The notes below the pieces were generated by a model. It made no database searches, was not told the origin of the DNA, and saw nothing but the letters and a program-made list of their open reading frames with translations. Positions 14,040 to 27,924 of a stretch of 64,000 nt of DNA are shown one piece after another (positions within the stretch are counted from its first letter, which is position 1; the number at the start of each line of letters is the position of its first letter). The stretch comes from Chrysomallon squamiferum. Taxonomy: Eukaryota; Animalia; Mollusca. The stretch spans positions 32,488,001 through 32,552,000 of the forward strand of contig CM022670.1 in the NCBI GenBank assembly GCA_012295275.1. The letters run 5' to 3'. The translations under genes and the position numbers were made by a program.

Positions 14040-14714
14040 AGAGATAAATAGATATCTTGTATTGTTGAAAAGAGCAAATATAAAACAGTGTTTGTTTCAG
14101 TTTATGTATGTGTGAAGGTAAATACGTTTTGTGTGCAAATGTGTTTTTGTCTCACTTTATATGTCATTAAAGGCTTTTAGGAAATAAATCAAACAAAATG
14201 TTAATAAATATTTATTTTATTGATTTCTGAAACATTTCACACATATATATTTTTTAATTGATTGGGATCCTTGTTTAAACTGAATAATACAATTTTTTGC
14301 ATTAAACATGGTATTGTTATGTTGATGTAAAACCAATTATTTCTATTCTCTGTAAAAATATTTATTAAACTGTACATTTCAGTTTGTATTTACTCAGCAA
14401 TATAATCGATAATTACTTCTTTATGAACAAAATACTTAACTCCAGATTAATCTGATAGAGAAATTATATATATATTTATATATATATATTTTTTTAGTGT
14501 AATAACTATGAAATGTATGCCTAAGTATAAGTTACTGTATCTCTTTCTTTATTTCTTTGCTGTTTATTTATTTATTTATTTATTTTGTTTGTTTGTTTCT
14601 TTTGTTTTGGTTTGGTAGTAGAAACAGTTTAAAAAATGAGAGTGTGAAATATATCTAGCAAATTACCAGCATAGAAAGGTTCAAGCATGCTTATCTAAAA
14701 CTACTGTCCTAAAG

Positions 14715-14716
<2 letters not shown>

Positions 14717-14789
<73 letters not shown>
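14717..14789. repeat. (GT)n microsatellite
   Basis: Direct reading. Confidence 0.97.
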
Positions 14790-14790
<1 letters not shown>

Positions 14791-14920
14791 TAATGATATT
14801 TTTTATATGCAGTTTATATTATAATGCTACATACACTAACACACATGTACATCTATCTATCTGAGCTCTCTCTATATAATAAGTGTTGAAATGTTTGTAT
14901 GTATAATTAATATTAAAATA

Positions 14921-15014
14921 TTTTTCTTCTTATTTTTCAGGTGAGTATTGCTCTCCATTTATACAAACATTTAGTTTGTAATAGATCATGAGATTTGACT
15001 TTACATCTGTAAGT
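14921..15014 (+). other. Recursive splice site (zero-length exon, AG|GT at 14940/14941) with 68-nt RS-exon 14941-15008
   Basis: TTTTTCTTCTTATTTTTCAG is directly followed by GTGAGT. A second consensus donor GTAAGT lies at 15009-15014, and the RS-exon has stops in all three frames. Confidence 0.65.
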
Positions 15015-15101
15015 AGATTTAAACTGATTAGAAAAGCTTCAGATTGGACTGCATTATTTTATGTTTTGGTTTAAATAAATCAATCATTTATTTATTATAG
15101 A

Positions 15102-15152
<51 letters not shown>

Positions 15153-15200
15153 GTTATTATTTTTAAAATTATTATTATTATTTTTAAAAATTATTATGAT
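15102..15200. repeat. (ATT)n microsatellite
   Basis: Direct reading. Confidence 0.9.
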
Positions 15201-15569
15201 TATCATTAGTTGTAGTTCTAGCAGTAGTTATAGTGAAAAATTTATTTATGTTTTGCTTTTTTATTTATTTACATTTTGTTGTTAAAATTACTTCGATTTT
15301 TAATTTATATTCATACACATATAATCCATGTATATGTGTGTGCATGTCTGTGTCACAGAGAGAGAGATACTATACAAAGTCATAATGCAACAGTTATGAC
15401 TTAAGCCATCCTCTCTTCAACAAGTAAAACAAAGGATATTGCTTTTAAAGTTGGCAAATCTTTGTAGTGAAATCACTGGTTGTCTCCTCCAGCACTCTAA
15501 AATATTATCACTCTGTTCTTTCTTCACTGTATGATAAAGTATCCACTTAGCAAGCTTTTCTAAACCAGT

Positions 15570-15900
15570 GACACGACGTCTGTTATCAGACAACACTGAC
15601 CAATTGAAGACATTGTGCATGCTTCACTGCTAACACCAGCAAGAACCCGACAGAGTGAGACTGTTGAGGCAAGTCACAGAGTTTAGTTGCAAATTGAATT
15701 ACGTGGCACAGACAGTGACAAATGTGTTAACAGCACTGCCGTTGAGAAATTATCATCATCTCAACAAATGCTTCATTATAAAGAATGTTTTCACAACATT
15801 TTTTTATAGCAGGTTCACTGTTAGCATTGTTCAAGTTACAAAAAGAAAATTGTTTAAGAAAATGTAAAATAAATAAAAGGATAGTTTGCAGCGGAGACAA
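15570..15900. promoter_or_regulatory. Small CpG-retaining, GC-richer segment (possible promoter or enhancer)
   Basis: Several CpGs (ACGACGT, CCGA, ACGTG, CCGT, GCGG) are clustered against a nearly CpG-free background. No convincing coding exon. Confidence 0.3.
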
Positions 15901-16284
15901 ATTAAGAACTTAGTGATAAAATCTGTGGCATAGTTGATTGCACTGGATGTTTCAGGAATTAAAATTCTCCATTTTCTGAAAGGTTGAAGTGAATAGTGTG
16001 TATGTGTGTGGGTGGGTGATTAGATATATGTAACAAATAAGTAAATAAATTCAGTTTCATGTATAAACACATCATATGTAAATGATTTGTTTTTCTGTAT
16101 ATGTTAGCAACAGCTTGTCATTCTGAACAGTACAATGAGTTGATATCTGATAGTAATTTACTGTCAAAAAGTGTTACTAATTGAAAAAGAGAAGCTCATT
16201 GCTTAGCAGCATAAAATTTCTTCTGTGTGGTCTGTAACCATATATATATACATATATATATATATATGTATGGGTTAAGATAAT

Positions 16285-17110
16285 TATCCTGAAACAAACC
16301 CTTGGTCTGGTTTTATGTGATGTTATCCAATTGTAGTTTAAAAATTTATCAACACCATCATTAAACAGACAAATTCATTTTAGTTGTTACGAATCATTTC
16401 ATAAATTGTGATCAAAGAGAGCAGACACTTGGTCTGGTCTCGTAACTGCAGTTTAAAAATGTTTTGATTAAATAAAATAATTTCTTTCTTCTTTTTTTTA
16501 TTTTACATTATTATTATTATTCTGTTTTTGTAGTTGTTCAAAATCGTTATCAGATTACTATGGAATGTTGGGCAGAGAGAGAGATTCAGAAAGAAACACA
16601 TAGTTTGGTCTTGTGATGTTGTATAGCTTTTAGAATGTCATTTAAAAACCCATTTCTATCTTTCTTTCCTTATTTGAAAATACCATCAGGTTGTTTCTGA
16701 AATGTTGAACAAAAAGAAATTTTCAGAAACAAATACATAATATCATATAATTAAGGATTAAAAATGTTTTAAGTGTGTCATTAACTAATACATCTTGTCA
16801 CAATGTTACAGAAATATAGAGCAAAGACAGAGTTTCATAAACAAACAAGAATGTAACAACTCAAAAAGTTATATTGAGTTTAAATAAAATATTTAGTTCT
16901 CTTTTTATTATAAAACACTGTCAGACTGTTACAGGAATACTGTTAGACAGAGATTCAGAAACAAACAAAAACATAATGTTATATTACTGTACTTCAGAAA
17001 TCTATTGAGTATGTCATTAAATAAAACATATCTTTCTTTGTTGCAAAACACTGTCAGAATGGTTAGGCAAAGAAGAAGGAATCAGTAACAAATACATGGT
17101 CTGGTTCTCT
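16285..17110. repeat. Old degenerate tandem repeat, ~120-150-bp unit, ~6-7 copies
   Basis: Recurrent AAAACACTGTCAGA, GAGATTCAGAAACAAACA and TGGTCTGGT motifs in constant order. Confidence 0.7.
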
Positions 17111-17546
17111 TCAAGTATCATTTAGTAATCCAGTCTGTACAGAAACAGGAACTCACATTTTTATATGTTACACATTTTGGCATGTGGCCTGACATGAATA
17201 TGTTCCATGTAATGCACATTAATAATCACGTACCACACAGTATTAATGATTCGTGCTAATAACATGAAAGTGTGCATCATGTTGAATTAATTATTTCTGT
17301 TTTATGTCATTTACTTTGACTTCATCCTACTTTAAATGTGATTATCTGTTTAGTTTTTTTTAGTCTGAAACCTTTGAGGGGATTATTGTTGTTGTTATTA
17401 TTATTTTTGTTTTTTTGTTTTTTTTGTTTGGTGTTAAGTTTAATTTGTTTTTATATCTAAAATTTTAACATTTAAATAAGAGCAAGCTATTATTTAATAT
17501 TTGACAGCATAATCTATATAATATTAGTATTTTTTGTCTTTCACAG

Positions 17547-17550
17547 ACTG
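17547..17550 (+). other. Candidate 4-nt microexon (ACTG)
   Basis: TATTTTTTGTCTTTCACAG|ACTG|GTAAGT: a strong acceptor and a perfect donor 4 nt apart. Confidence 0.5.
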
Positions 17551-20277
17551 GTAAGTTATTGTTATGAGAAATGGCTAGAGTTTTTTGTTTTTTGTTTTAA
17601 AGCCAAATGATCCTTTCATCTGTAAATCTAAGCTCTATGTAATTACTGCAGTCAATAATCAGTTTTTATCATTTCTTTGGGACATTTCATATTTCAGTTA
17701 ATATTTTATCAATGGCATAACCATTCATTGTTAAATCTGTGGATTTGTAGTTAATGCATTTTCTGCTGTGATTTGTTCTTGAAAACAAAAAATACAAAAA
17801 ACAATCAGGAATATGCAGTAATCTTCATGCTTCTTTGATTTCATACTTCATTTTTGTTTTCACTCCCATGTTTCCTTCCTTCCATTGTGTTTGATGTGCA
17901 ATTTGATGAAGTTAGTTTTGGATTTCATGTTTTAATTTTCACAATAGGCAACAGATTGGCCAGTGTAAAATTGATTTCTGTCATTCAGTAAAAAAAAAAG
18001 ATAAAATAATAATAATAAAAAAAAAAAAATTGTTTTCATTGTGATCCTTTTAGCAGATTATGGTGTATGAGATATTAATAAAACAAACCCAGGCTTTGAG
18101 TTTGCTTAACAACTTTTCATAATCATCTGCACTTCATCTTGTAATTTCACAGCACATTAACCAGGCTGCTCAGAATTGGTAGTTAATGGGGGAAAAATTT
18201 CAATCAGCTCTGATGTTTAACATATAATTAGTATTAGGTGTTTAGTGAAGCATTTTAATGAAACTGGTCAATGGACATGAGATTAATTTGAGCAGAAAAA
18301 AATTACATATTTAAACCTGTTATCTTAGCTAATTAGTATACCCACACTGCCGTTTTCTTGTCAGTGTTATCTAGTTTTGTCAAGGACATGTGAAGTCTCA
18401 TGAAAACATTTAATTTTGTTGTTTTCATTTTATTCCTTCTGTTTACTGCCTTCCTTTTTTCTAGCTGTTGTATGCTTTCCATTTTTTCCTCTCACACTAA
18501 AATTCTTGCTCCTTCTTCATCTAAAATCTTTCTCCTAATTCAAGCCTACCTTCTACCTCCTTTTTTCCATTTTTTAAAACCATTTCTAATTAGTAATCTC
18601 CTTTTTCCATATTGCACTCTCCTTTTTCTACTTTAATCTCGCATTCTTCTACTTTACATTCTCCTTTTTCCCTTTTATCTTTTATCTGTCCAGTTCTTGT
18701 TAGCCCTCTGAATTTTTATATACATAAATGAAATTTCTGAAAAAAATTTAGGTGTCACAATAAAACACATCACCAACCTAGATATAAAATTCTGTCTAAA
18801 AAAAATTGACAGAAACCTTCTCTCATCTGAACTGAGCCATAAATTTCACTTCTGTGTAATATCACTGGTAGCACAGTGAAATATTCTTGCTTTATTCATG
18901 GCAACCATCTCTGTTTCCAAAGATCCAGCTTCATTTCCATCAGACTTTTAGAGGACTTATAAAAACCAGGATCCAAACAAGCCATGATCTTTATGATGTA
19001 CTGACCATAAAAAAGTAGAGCTTGGGTCAGTTTAATTGATCAGAAGTTATCTTCAGAGTGAAAATCTGGTTGCTCACAAAAGAAATCACAAAAATAATAG
19101 TTCTGTTTTCTGGGTTTTTCAAGGTTTTTGATCATATGTATCTTAATTCAGAAACTATTTTTGTCATTCTTTTGTTTGCCAATACTTCAGTATCACTTGG
19201 AAATGGTGAAGAAGAAGAAGAAGAAGATATTACATGTATATGTAGACAGACAGACAGATAGATAAAATAATTCAGAAACTTAAGCAATTTATGATAGTAT
19301 TGTTAGATTACATCTGTTTTATATGTAAGTAATTTAAAAAAAAAACTAAACAAAAAAAGACAACAACAACATAGTTTTTGAAATAAGTGATGGTGAAGTT
19401 GTTGGCGTATATATAAAGAATAATTAAAAGTAACACATCATTGCTTTAACTAAATATGATTTACACTGGATACAGATGCATACAGATAAAGGATCTAAAT
19501 GATCTAAACTGATTTATAATTTCTCTGGGCTTAAATCACTCAAGATCTGAAATCTTCTAAAATCACAAATACATAGTTAACAGTACAGTTAGATGGAATA
19601 GCTCACGGATATCAGAAATGTATTCAAGGACAAGAAATTCCTGGCAGTAACTGTACAAATGACTCTATCACAGCTGAGGAATTTTGGATTACCAAAATTT
19701 TATTTAAACATCATCAGAGGAAGGCAGTTCTGTGAGGTAATTGCTTTCCACTCTCAATTTCCTTTTTACCCCTGTTGCTTGGTAATAAGATCCTGTCTGT
19801 ATGTTATAGGCAAGTCAGGAAAGTTCCACTGAAAATCAAATATTTTTTTTTCAGCCGTCTGATTAAATTTGTTTTGTCTGATTTCATGGTATGTCTGTTC
19901 TAAATTCCTCCAAAATATCAGTGGTGCTACAGGGAGTTCAGACAATAATTACCAACAAAGGATAAATTTACGATTTCATTTCAGTTGTTGGGTCATCCCA
20001 GCTTGGTGAATGGGACAAAATATTGAGGGTAACGAATCTGATGAATGCCAGTAATTTGGGGATTTGAAAATTGTAATCAGACTTTCGTGACTGTGTTGTC
20101 AACAGCTGCATCTGTAACTGTGTGCCTGTGATTGATTTAAGAGTGTCAAGGAGAGTATCTGTATCACTAGTTAGATCACCAGTTTGATTGTTTGTTTCCT
20201 TCTTGGAATTTAATGAAGGTGTTTGTGGTGAAACACAATTGTCAGATGCATTGTTAAACAACATCATTATGTTTCTG

Positions 20278-20325
20278 TATATATATATATATGTTTATAT
20301 GTATGCTTGTTTGTATTTTTGTCTG

Positions 20326-20361
<36 letters not shown>

Positions 20362-20470
20362 TGTATGTATGTATGTATGTAGGTAGGTAGGTATGTAGGT
20401 AGGTATGCATCTGTACATGTATATATGTGTGTGTATGTAAGTATGGGTGTGAGTGTGTATTTGTATCTCT
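20278..20470. repeat. (TATG)n/(TAGG)n/(TA)n compound microsatellite
   Basis: Direct reading; the source of the YVCM/HTYI ORFs. Confidence 0.9.
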
Positions 20471-22969
20471 CTACAGAAAACATGAATATCTGTGTATTTA
20501 TGTGAGTCTGTGTTTATATAAATGTTCAATACATATTAATTTTAAAAGTTAATTTTTATTCAAAAATCCATTTTTTTCTTTCTTCTTTAGCATAAATCTT
20601 TCAGTCCGGATATATATTTAAAAATGTACTCGATATTCTGTTTCATTATCAATGATTTTATTTTTTCAGTATAACACAAAAATTTCAGATTTTTAAAATT
20701 TGCATGTCATTCAAACATACGCAGATCAAACACTGTGTGAGTGACTGGCTGTTCACTGACCATCGCTGTCTCACCTCCTGGTAAATCAAATTTAAACCTA
20801 GGTTCATTCAATTTTCCCATCCTTGTATGTGCTAAATCAATACTTTTGGTTGGTGAGATATTATCAGTGGTGGAATTATTGAGCAATTTGTAAGTGATTA
20901 CATACAGGAAGCCATTATACGGTTAATAGTAAATAGCTCTTACTTCACTAATACTGTTAGGTGTGGAAAAATTGTATTATGTGTTACCCTTACTGCTTCA
21001 GTTTGATTGTTTTTGTGAAGCTGTCATTGGTAATAAATAATCAGGTTTTGTGGTTCACAGCTGTGGTAAATGTGTCTAGAGATATATAAAAAAAGAAATT
21101 ATCTCTGTTTTTTTGTTTCTTTTTTTTTTGTATAAAACTTTCATCTGTTAAAATCTGTACTGTAAATTCATTGAAAGATATACCATAAATGAAAATGAAC
21201 TCAAAGATGTTTTTATGATAGTTTTCACTATGTTCTTAAAACAAATCTACAGACATAATCCTAAAAATTACTCTTCAAGTTATAACAGCAGATAATTAAT
21301 TATAAATACAAATATCTATTTTTCATAAATTCATCTTCTGCATGCTTCTCTGAATTAAAATTTACTTACAGGATATTTTATGGGAGCTTGCAAAATGGTC
21401 TTAAAAAGTAGCATACAGACATAACTGTTGTCAGCAATTAAAAAAAGATGAGATATCACTGAAGAAAGGTAAAAGGTCTGTATCAGATGTGGAAGTGATA
21501 GAAAGCACTCAACAACATTCTCTCACCCTTAAACACTTGATGAGTGATAAAATAATTGACTTACTTTCTTAGTCTTTGAGAACAGTGAAAATGGAGACAA
21601 CAGGTTTTGGGTGTGAAATAAAACTGTTATATTTTCTTTCTTTTTTCCTCTTTTTTTTTTTTATTGTTTATTTTTTTGTTCATTGACCTCTGGGACAAAT
21701 GTAAGGAAATATTTTATAGCAGTTGCTGTTTTCTTCTTGATTTTTTTGTTTCATTTTTTGTTTTTGTTTCATTTATTGGCATTTGGTATAGTGATACGGA
21801 AAGAATTTTTATCAGTTGCTATTCTAATTATGATATGTATCAACAGTTTAAACACCAAAACCAAAATGTGTCAGAAGAAAAATAAAATATGTTGCTGTTT
21901 TATTTTTTATTTATAATTCATGATTTTTGTTTTATATATATATATCTTTTTTTAAGCATTTCAATTTTTTGTTCTTTATATATATATATATATATTTTTT
22001 TTTTTATTACCAAAACCAAACAAATTTGAACAAAAGTATTAGCTATTGTTTTATCATTCATAATATTTCCTGATCCTCATTCCATTCAAAGAACCCTAAT
22101 ACAGTTCAAAGGCTTTTTTTTATGAATTGCCATATATAGGTAAATTTATTTCAAGAATAGCCAGAAGTATATTTTCCATATGGAATCATTATCATTATTC
22201 AGTAATCATTATTCAGAATTTTTTTTTTTTTTTTTAAAGTCTGGCATGACACATACTAACCAAATAATCTTGATTTACAATTCATTTCTAAATCAATATA
22301 TATGTATAATATTATTTTTATTTATGATTCAAGGATTAAATTATGGGCATATAAAACGGTTAAAGAAATAACACAGTTAAGTCAGTGAGTTTGTTGTACA
22401 GTACTTAAAAGCCCTGGTGATTCAGGAGACAGGACACCAAGAAAATATTTTCACAGAACCACTGTGTTGTAACAGCTGCTGTCTTTTTATTAAGTTACAA
22501 AGTTAACATTCATTTTGTCAGTTCTTCTGTCATTAAACCACACAGTTATTAACCTAAATCTCTTGTGGCCAGTTCATAGCACTGTAATATGTTCAGTTCC
22601 AGTTATTAGTGAAGTCATTTCGGAACTGTGTTAGAAAAGAAAATAACCTGCCAGTCAGTTATTAAAACCTCGGTAATTTAATAGTAAATCAGTTATTGAC
22701 CTATTGTTGAGTGAAATGTGTGAAAATTAGTGAAATATCCATATATACATATATACATACATACATACATATACACATACACATATATGTATGTATTTAT
22801 GCATGCAGACAAGTCATTCATATATACACACATTCATACAAGAAACACTTTTGTACACATTTCGTAACAGTTCATGCTGTTGTATATAGAAAATATTGTG
22901 ATGATATACATATGTTATTTGATGGTTACAGTTATTTACAGTTAACTTATTCAATGAATAAATGAATAT

Positions 22970-23380
22970 TAAATAATATCTCAACACATTTTTATATTAA
23001 ACTTATTAAATCTCTATTTTATATATATATATAATTTGTATAATACTATAAGTTAGGACAAACTGTGCAAACAATTTAAAACCCATTCTTACAAATTAGC
23101 AGCAAAATATATATTTATATGAACCTCTCCACAGAAAAGGGAAAATATACGTGTATGTAGAGATAGACATAAACTAAATATTTTGTTGACTCAACATTTA
23201 TATTTGTAATGCTAATACCCTCTGTCTTACAAACACACAGGTACACATTCTCTTTTACACTTTATAAACCAGTAACAGGTGCATGGCTGGAATGGGAAAT
23301 AACCAAGTACTGATACTGTGGAAGAATTATAAACAGCTCCAGTATATCTGAGACCAGCACTATAACCATTTATCTCAGAA
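22970..23380 (-). mobile_element. Degenerate tRNA-derived SINE copy
   Basis: TCAACACATTTTTATATT...ATTAGCAGCAA...CCACAGA...AAACCAGT...TGGCTGGAATGGGAAATA...GCACTATAACCA in the same order as the other copies. Confidence 0.6.
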
Positions 23381-26300
23381 AAGCTCTTTTACTGGAACAG
23401 CCACAAAACATATTATGAAAATTAATGTTTTCCAACACCAACTTTAACTATTATTTGTGCCAAAGGAGAATTTTGCACATACCAGATGTTTTCATGGTGT
23501 GGTCATGCTTGTGGCTGATGCAGAAATATTAATGAACACCATGATTGGAGCATGCAGTTTAATGCACACCTGACTGTAGTTGCCAACTCTGTGAGAAACA
23601 GAGAGTGTTTGTGAGAAATTATACACTCAGCTTGTGTACTGATGTTAATGTCTGTAAAGATAAATTTACATGAACAAAATAAAGTATTATTAATACAGAG
23701 TTTTATTGAGGTATCCCATTATATTAGCATTATGTTAGCAAATTTGTTTTTAATGGATTTGTTTTTATTACTTCAACAAAATTGATAAAAAAATAGTATC
23801 TTTCTCTTTATCTTTCCATCTTTTTGTTTCTCTCTCTCTTTCTCTCTTTATCTATGAATCTAATTTTTAGTCTAATATATGGATATATATATATATGTAA
23901 ACAATTAAAGACATCTGTGTCAAAGAATATTGTGTCTTTTTTTATTTTTAAAGTATCTCTGTAACTATTGCTTGTTTAAGTTTGCATGTGTCTATTTATG
24001 AATGTGTAAGCATGCATGTATCTATGTATGCTTGTCTCCATATATATATATATATATATATATATGGATATGTACTTAAATTAAATGTATATTATACTTT
24101 TTTACTATCAGTAAATAAATTTAAATTCTGTTAATTGACAATTAAACACACAGATCCCCCACACAAAAACTTGAAATCATATTGAAATGGCGACTAAGAC
24201 AAACTCAGTACATTTCATACCTATGTAACAGTAGTGGAATTCCAGAAATGTGTGTCAGCATGAACTGACAGACTGTTAAGTTGAAAAGAAAACAAAGAAG
24301 TTCACTATGTTCATGCTAACAGTAGTTGAGTGACAAAAAGTCAGACACTCTTCTTCTTCACTTGCTCTTTGAAGTGTGCCCTGGGCAATTAGTGCCAATT
24401 ACCAACAAACATTTTCTTGTTAGGTCAAAATAACATCATCCTTGAAGAATGTAGGTTATTATTTAACATCAACATTAATACTCAGATGTAAGTTGATGTG
24501 AATCGTATTTGTTTGTGGTTTTATTGTTTATATGGAATTAAAATTTGATAAAAATGATTTTTAGAAATGGAAAATTTGGTTCTAGAAGTTATTATCTTAA
24601 GTATGTTTGAATCAGAAATTGTATATTATTTGTATAAATGTGTATATGTGTGAGTCAGCATGTGTGTTTGTGTATTAGTCTGGGAATGAGTGTGTGTGGC
24701 TGTGTGTGTGCATGTGATTGTGTTTGTATTTATGTGTAAGAAGAAAGAGAGACAGAATATTTGGAATATAATGATTGTGATAAAATTTATATAAATACTC
24801 AATGAGTATACATATTTGGTATGACAGTATGGGATTGTATGTATGTATGTGAGTTCAATTATAATGATTTCAAGAATGGTCAGGTTTACTGTTCAGTTTG
24901 TTCACAATTTTACACAATAGTTAATTTGTGTTTAACCTTTAGATTACATATTTACATGATATTTTTGTGTACACACCATTTGTATGTTTCCCACTGTACA
25001 ACTGGAATATAACAACCAGTAATATAATTAAAAATTGAATATTTATACACATTTAAAAGAAACACAAAAAACAAATATATTTCTCTTGAATCAGACTGTT
25101 TCAATTGTTCTCAATAATTAATTGATAAATAAAAAAGAAGAAAATGAAGTAGAAAAAATACTCCACTTGTAGGTTGTAATATCAATATAATCAACTGTGT
25201 GAGGAGGATTTTTAGTTTTCTGTTTTATCTGCGTCTCCTGGGCATCCTGGTTATGATGTAAAACAAGTCTGTACACATTATTTTCATTCAATATCAAACG
25301 CTTTGGGGAAAAACTGTTTAAATTATGTTCCTAAAGTTGACAGAAACTGGGCTTTCACATAAAATAATGACAGCTGAGCTCAGTTTAATATTTTATGAGT
25401 TCCAATTTACTATAGTTTTTATATAATAACTGTAATGATGTTTCTGTGATTCATTCTTTAATATTTAAAAAAAAAATTGTCAGCATTTTATTAAAATATG
25501 ATTAGTGTCTTATTTCTGTGTGTGTGCATATACACATGCAGACACACACACAGAATTTGTATAAATAATGCAGACATTCATATGTGTGTGCTTAAATGAC
25601 TGTGCTTATGATACATGTAACTGAACACTATACTTTTTACTATACATACATACATTTTGATACTGCTAATTTACAGAAGTTGAATAATTAAAATAATAAC
25701 TGTACATATTCTGTGACTGGTTTATCATGAAATCTTACTCATTGAGTGACTTACTCATAACAGTAGGTGCATTTGTGAGTCAGCATGAACACACTGCATG
25801 ATGAAGTTCACTATGCAAAATGTTATCTCAAACAATAAAAATAGCAATCATTAGCTTACCTGTGTAAAGTTCTGTAGGCTGGTTGAATTATTATTTACTT
25901 GAATCTTGTGAATTATTAAGAACACTGCTGTTTATTTGACAAATCTTCATTAGTGTCTTGTTGATGTATTATTTATGTACTTACAAATAGAAAAGCCATC
26001 AAGCAGAAGTTTGTGTTTAAAAGACTGTTTATGGTTGAGACTGAAGAAATATATTCTGAATGAAAAAATGTGATAATTATTTTGTAAATAAATGATTAAA
26101 ATAATGCAAATCTCTTTTTAAAGGAATTTGTGATGAGATGTATTTTAAAATATTTTGAATGTTAATATTATTCAGATTAGATGTTATGAATGAATGGATC
26201 TAGAAACAATTTCTTCCTTTTTTAATCTACATCTTTCTTTCTTTCTCTCTTTCACTAAAACTTTCTCTTATTCTTTCACTCTTTCATTTTCTTTCTCCAT

Positions 26301-27051
26301 GTTCATATGCATTTTAGTCCAGTTTCTGTTCATACCTTTTTCTACCTATGCCTGAAACACATCAGAAGATCCTTTAAAAGTTTGCATTATTTAAAAATGC
26401 CTTTTATAATACATAGATACATACATACAAACACACAATTTTGTTATTATATATCTATAATACATTCTTCTCTATACTGTAATACTACAGTTTCTGATAA
26501 TAAAATCATTGTCATTCCTAAAAAAAATAATCAATTTTAAACAATTGAATCATTTTCAGCAACATACATCTTTAACAAATGATATTTATCAATATCATCT
26601 TTCTCTACTGTTTTTGTTATTTCATACAAATGATTTTTTTTTTTTTAAAGTTGCAAAAATTCACATCATAACACGAAGTTCATTTTTCACAATATATTTT
26701 TTCCCAGTAGATTCATTTTTCTGTATATAGTGTTAATGACCCTATTTAATATTTAATGTATTCATCCTCACTCAGTACACTGGTATCTGTGTAGTGCTAC
26801 ATAAGATGTGCGACTGAAGAAATCTGGTGAGAAGAAAACATCCGCTGTAGAAATGTTGAGAGATGTTTTGTTGTTGTTTCTATTGAATTTTTGTATTGCT
26901 TAAGAAATTTATCTCCAGTTGTAATTTTGTTACTTGAGAAATATGGATTTTTTTCTGTATAATTTGTTGTTTTGTCTATCCACTTTTTTATTATTTTTTT
27001 TTTTTATGTTGTTAAATTATTTTTGTAATATTTCATATTTATTTTTGTGGT

Positions 27052-27090
<39 letters not shown>

Positions 27091-27096
27091 TTTATT

Positions 27097-27129
<33 letters not shown>

Positions 27130-27924
27130 TTGTATGTGTATGTGTATATATGAATGTATGTTGATTTAGAAGAAAGCGCTCATCAGAAGTTCTTTTTTAT
27201 AATTTAATTGTATAAACGTGAGACTATATCATGTTACTTTTAACATGAGCAATGTGTTAGGATTTATTAAGCAACTGACAGGTGTTGTGTTTCAGCCTGT
27301 TTTATGTGTATTGTCAGAGCTTTTACTACAATCTCAGGCTACTAAACCAAATTCTCTACATATGTTTTTACCTGCAGAGGAACAAAAAATAACCTGACAC
27401 CAAATATTAGGTATAAAGCTTAGGAATAAGACATCTGGTATTATTTGGCATTTACTCATACCGAATTCCTATGGCATCAAGCTAGAATGCAGGAAACTAG
27501 GCTAAACTTTTTATGTCTTCTTGAGATCTTCATTTTTAAAATGTATTGCCTAATACTTAACATGTCTTTGACAGTGAAATTGTCCCTGTGAAAGTGCAGC
27601 AGTTAAATTGATCCACTGTTAAAACTTCAAAGTGAATTAAATAACAAGGTATGAATAAATAATCTGTGTTGTGTAATAGCAATCCTTGTGCTTGATGGAT
27701 GATATCTTGAGTTTTCAGAAAATCTTTAAAAACATACGACATTACCATCATTATTCTAAGCTGGGTGTTTTATATAAATAATACAAAATATTCTATCTTA
27801 TATTGAAGGTAAACAGTTTGTTGATCCATACAGTGTGTTTAACAAAGCAGTTAATTAAGTGTTTTGTTTTCAGTTTCATTTTCCTCATCTACATAAAACT
27901 GATGTTCTGGTATGCAAACAGGAT

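Noticed and set aside
20949-20972. TAATACTGTTAGGT resembling the miR-8/miR-200 seed
   Set aside because: The 3' part diverges from miR-8, and no adequately pairing 5' arm is present.
25854-25870. Minus-strand CAG|GTAAGC and similar isolated minus-strand donors
   Set aside because: No polypyrimidine tract, partner exon or ORF supports an antisense gene.
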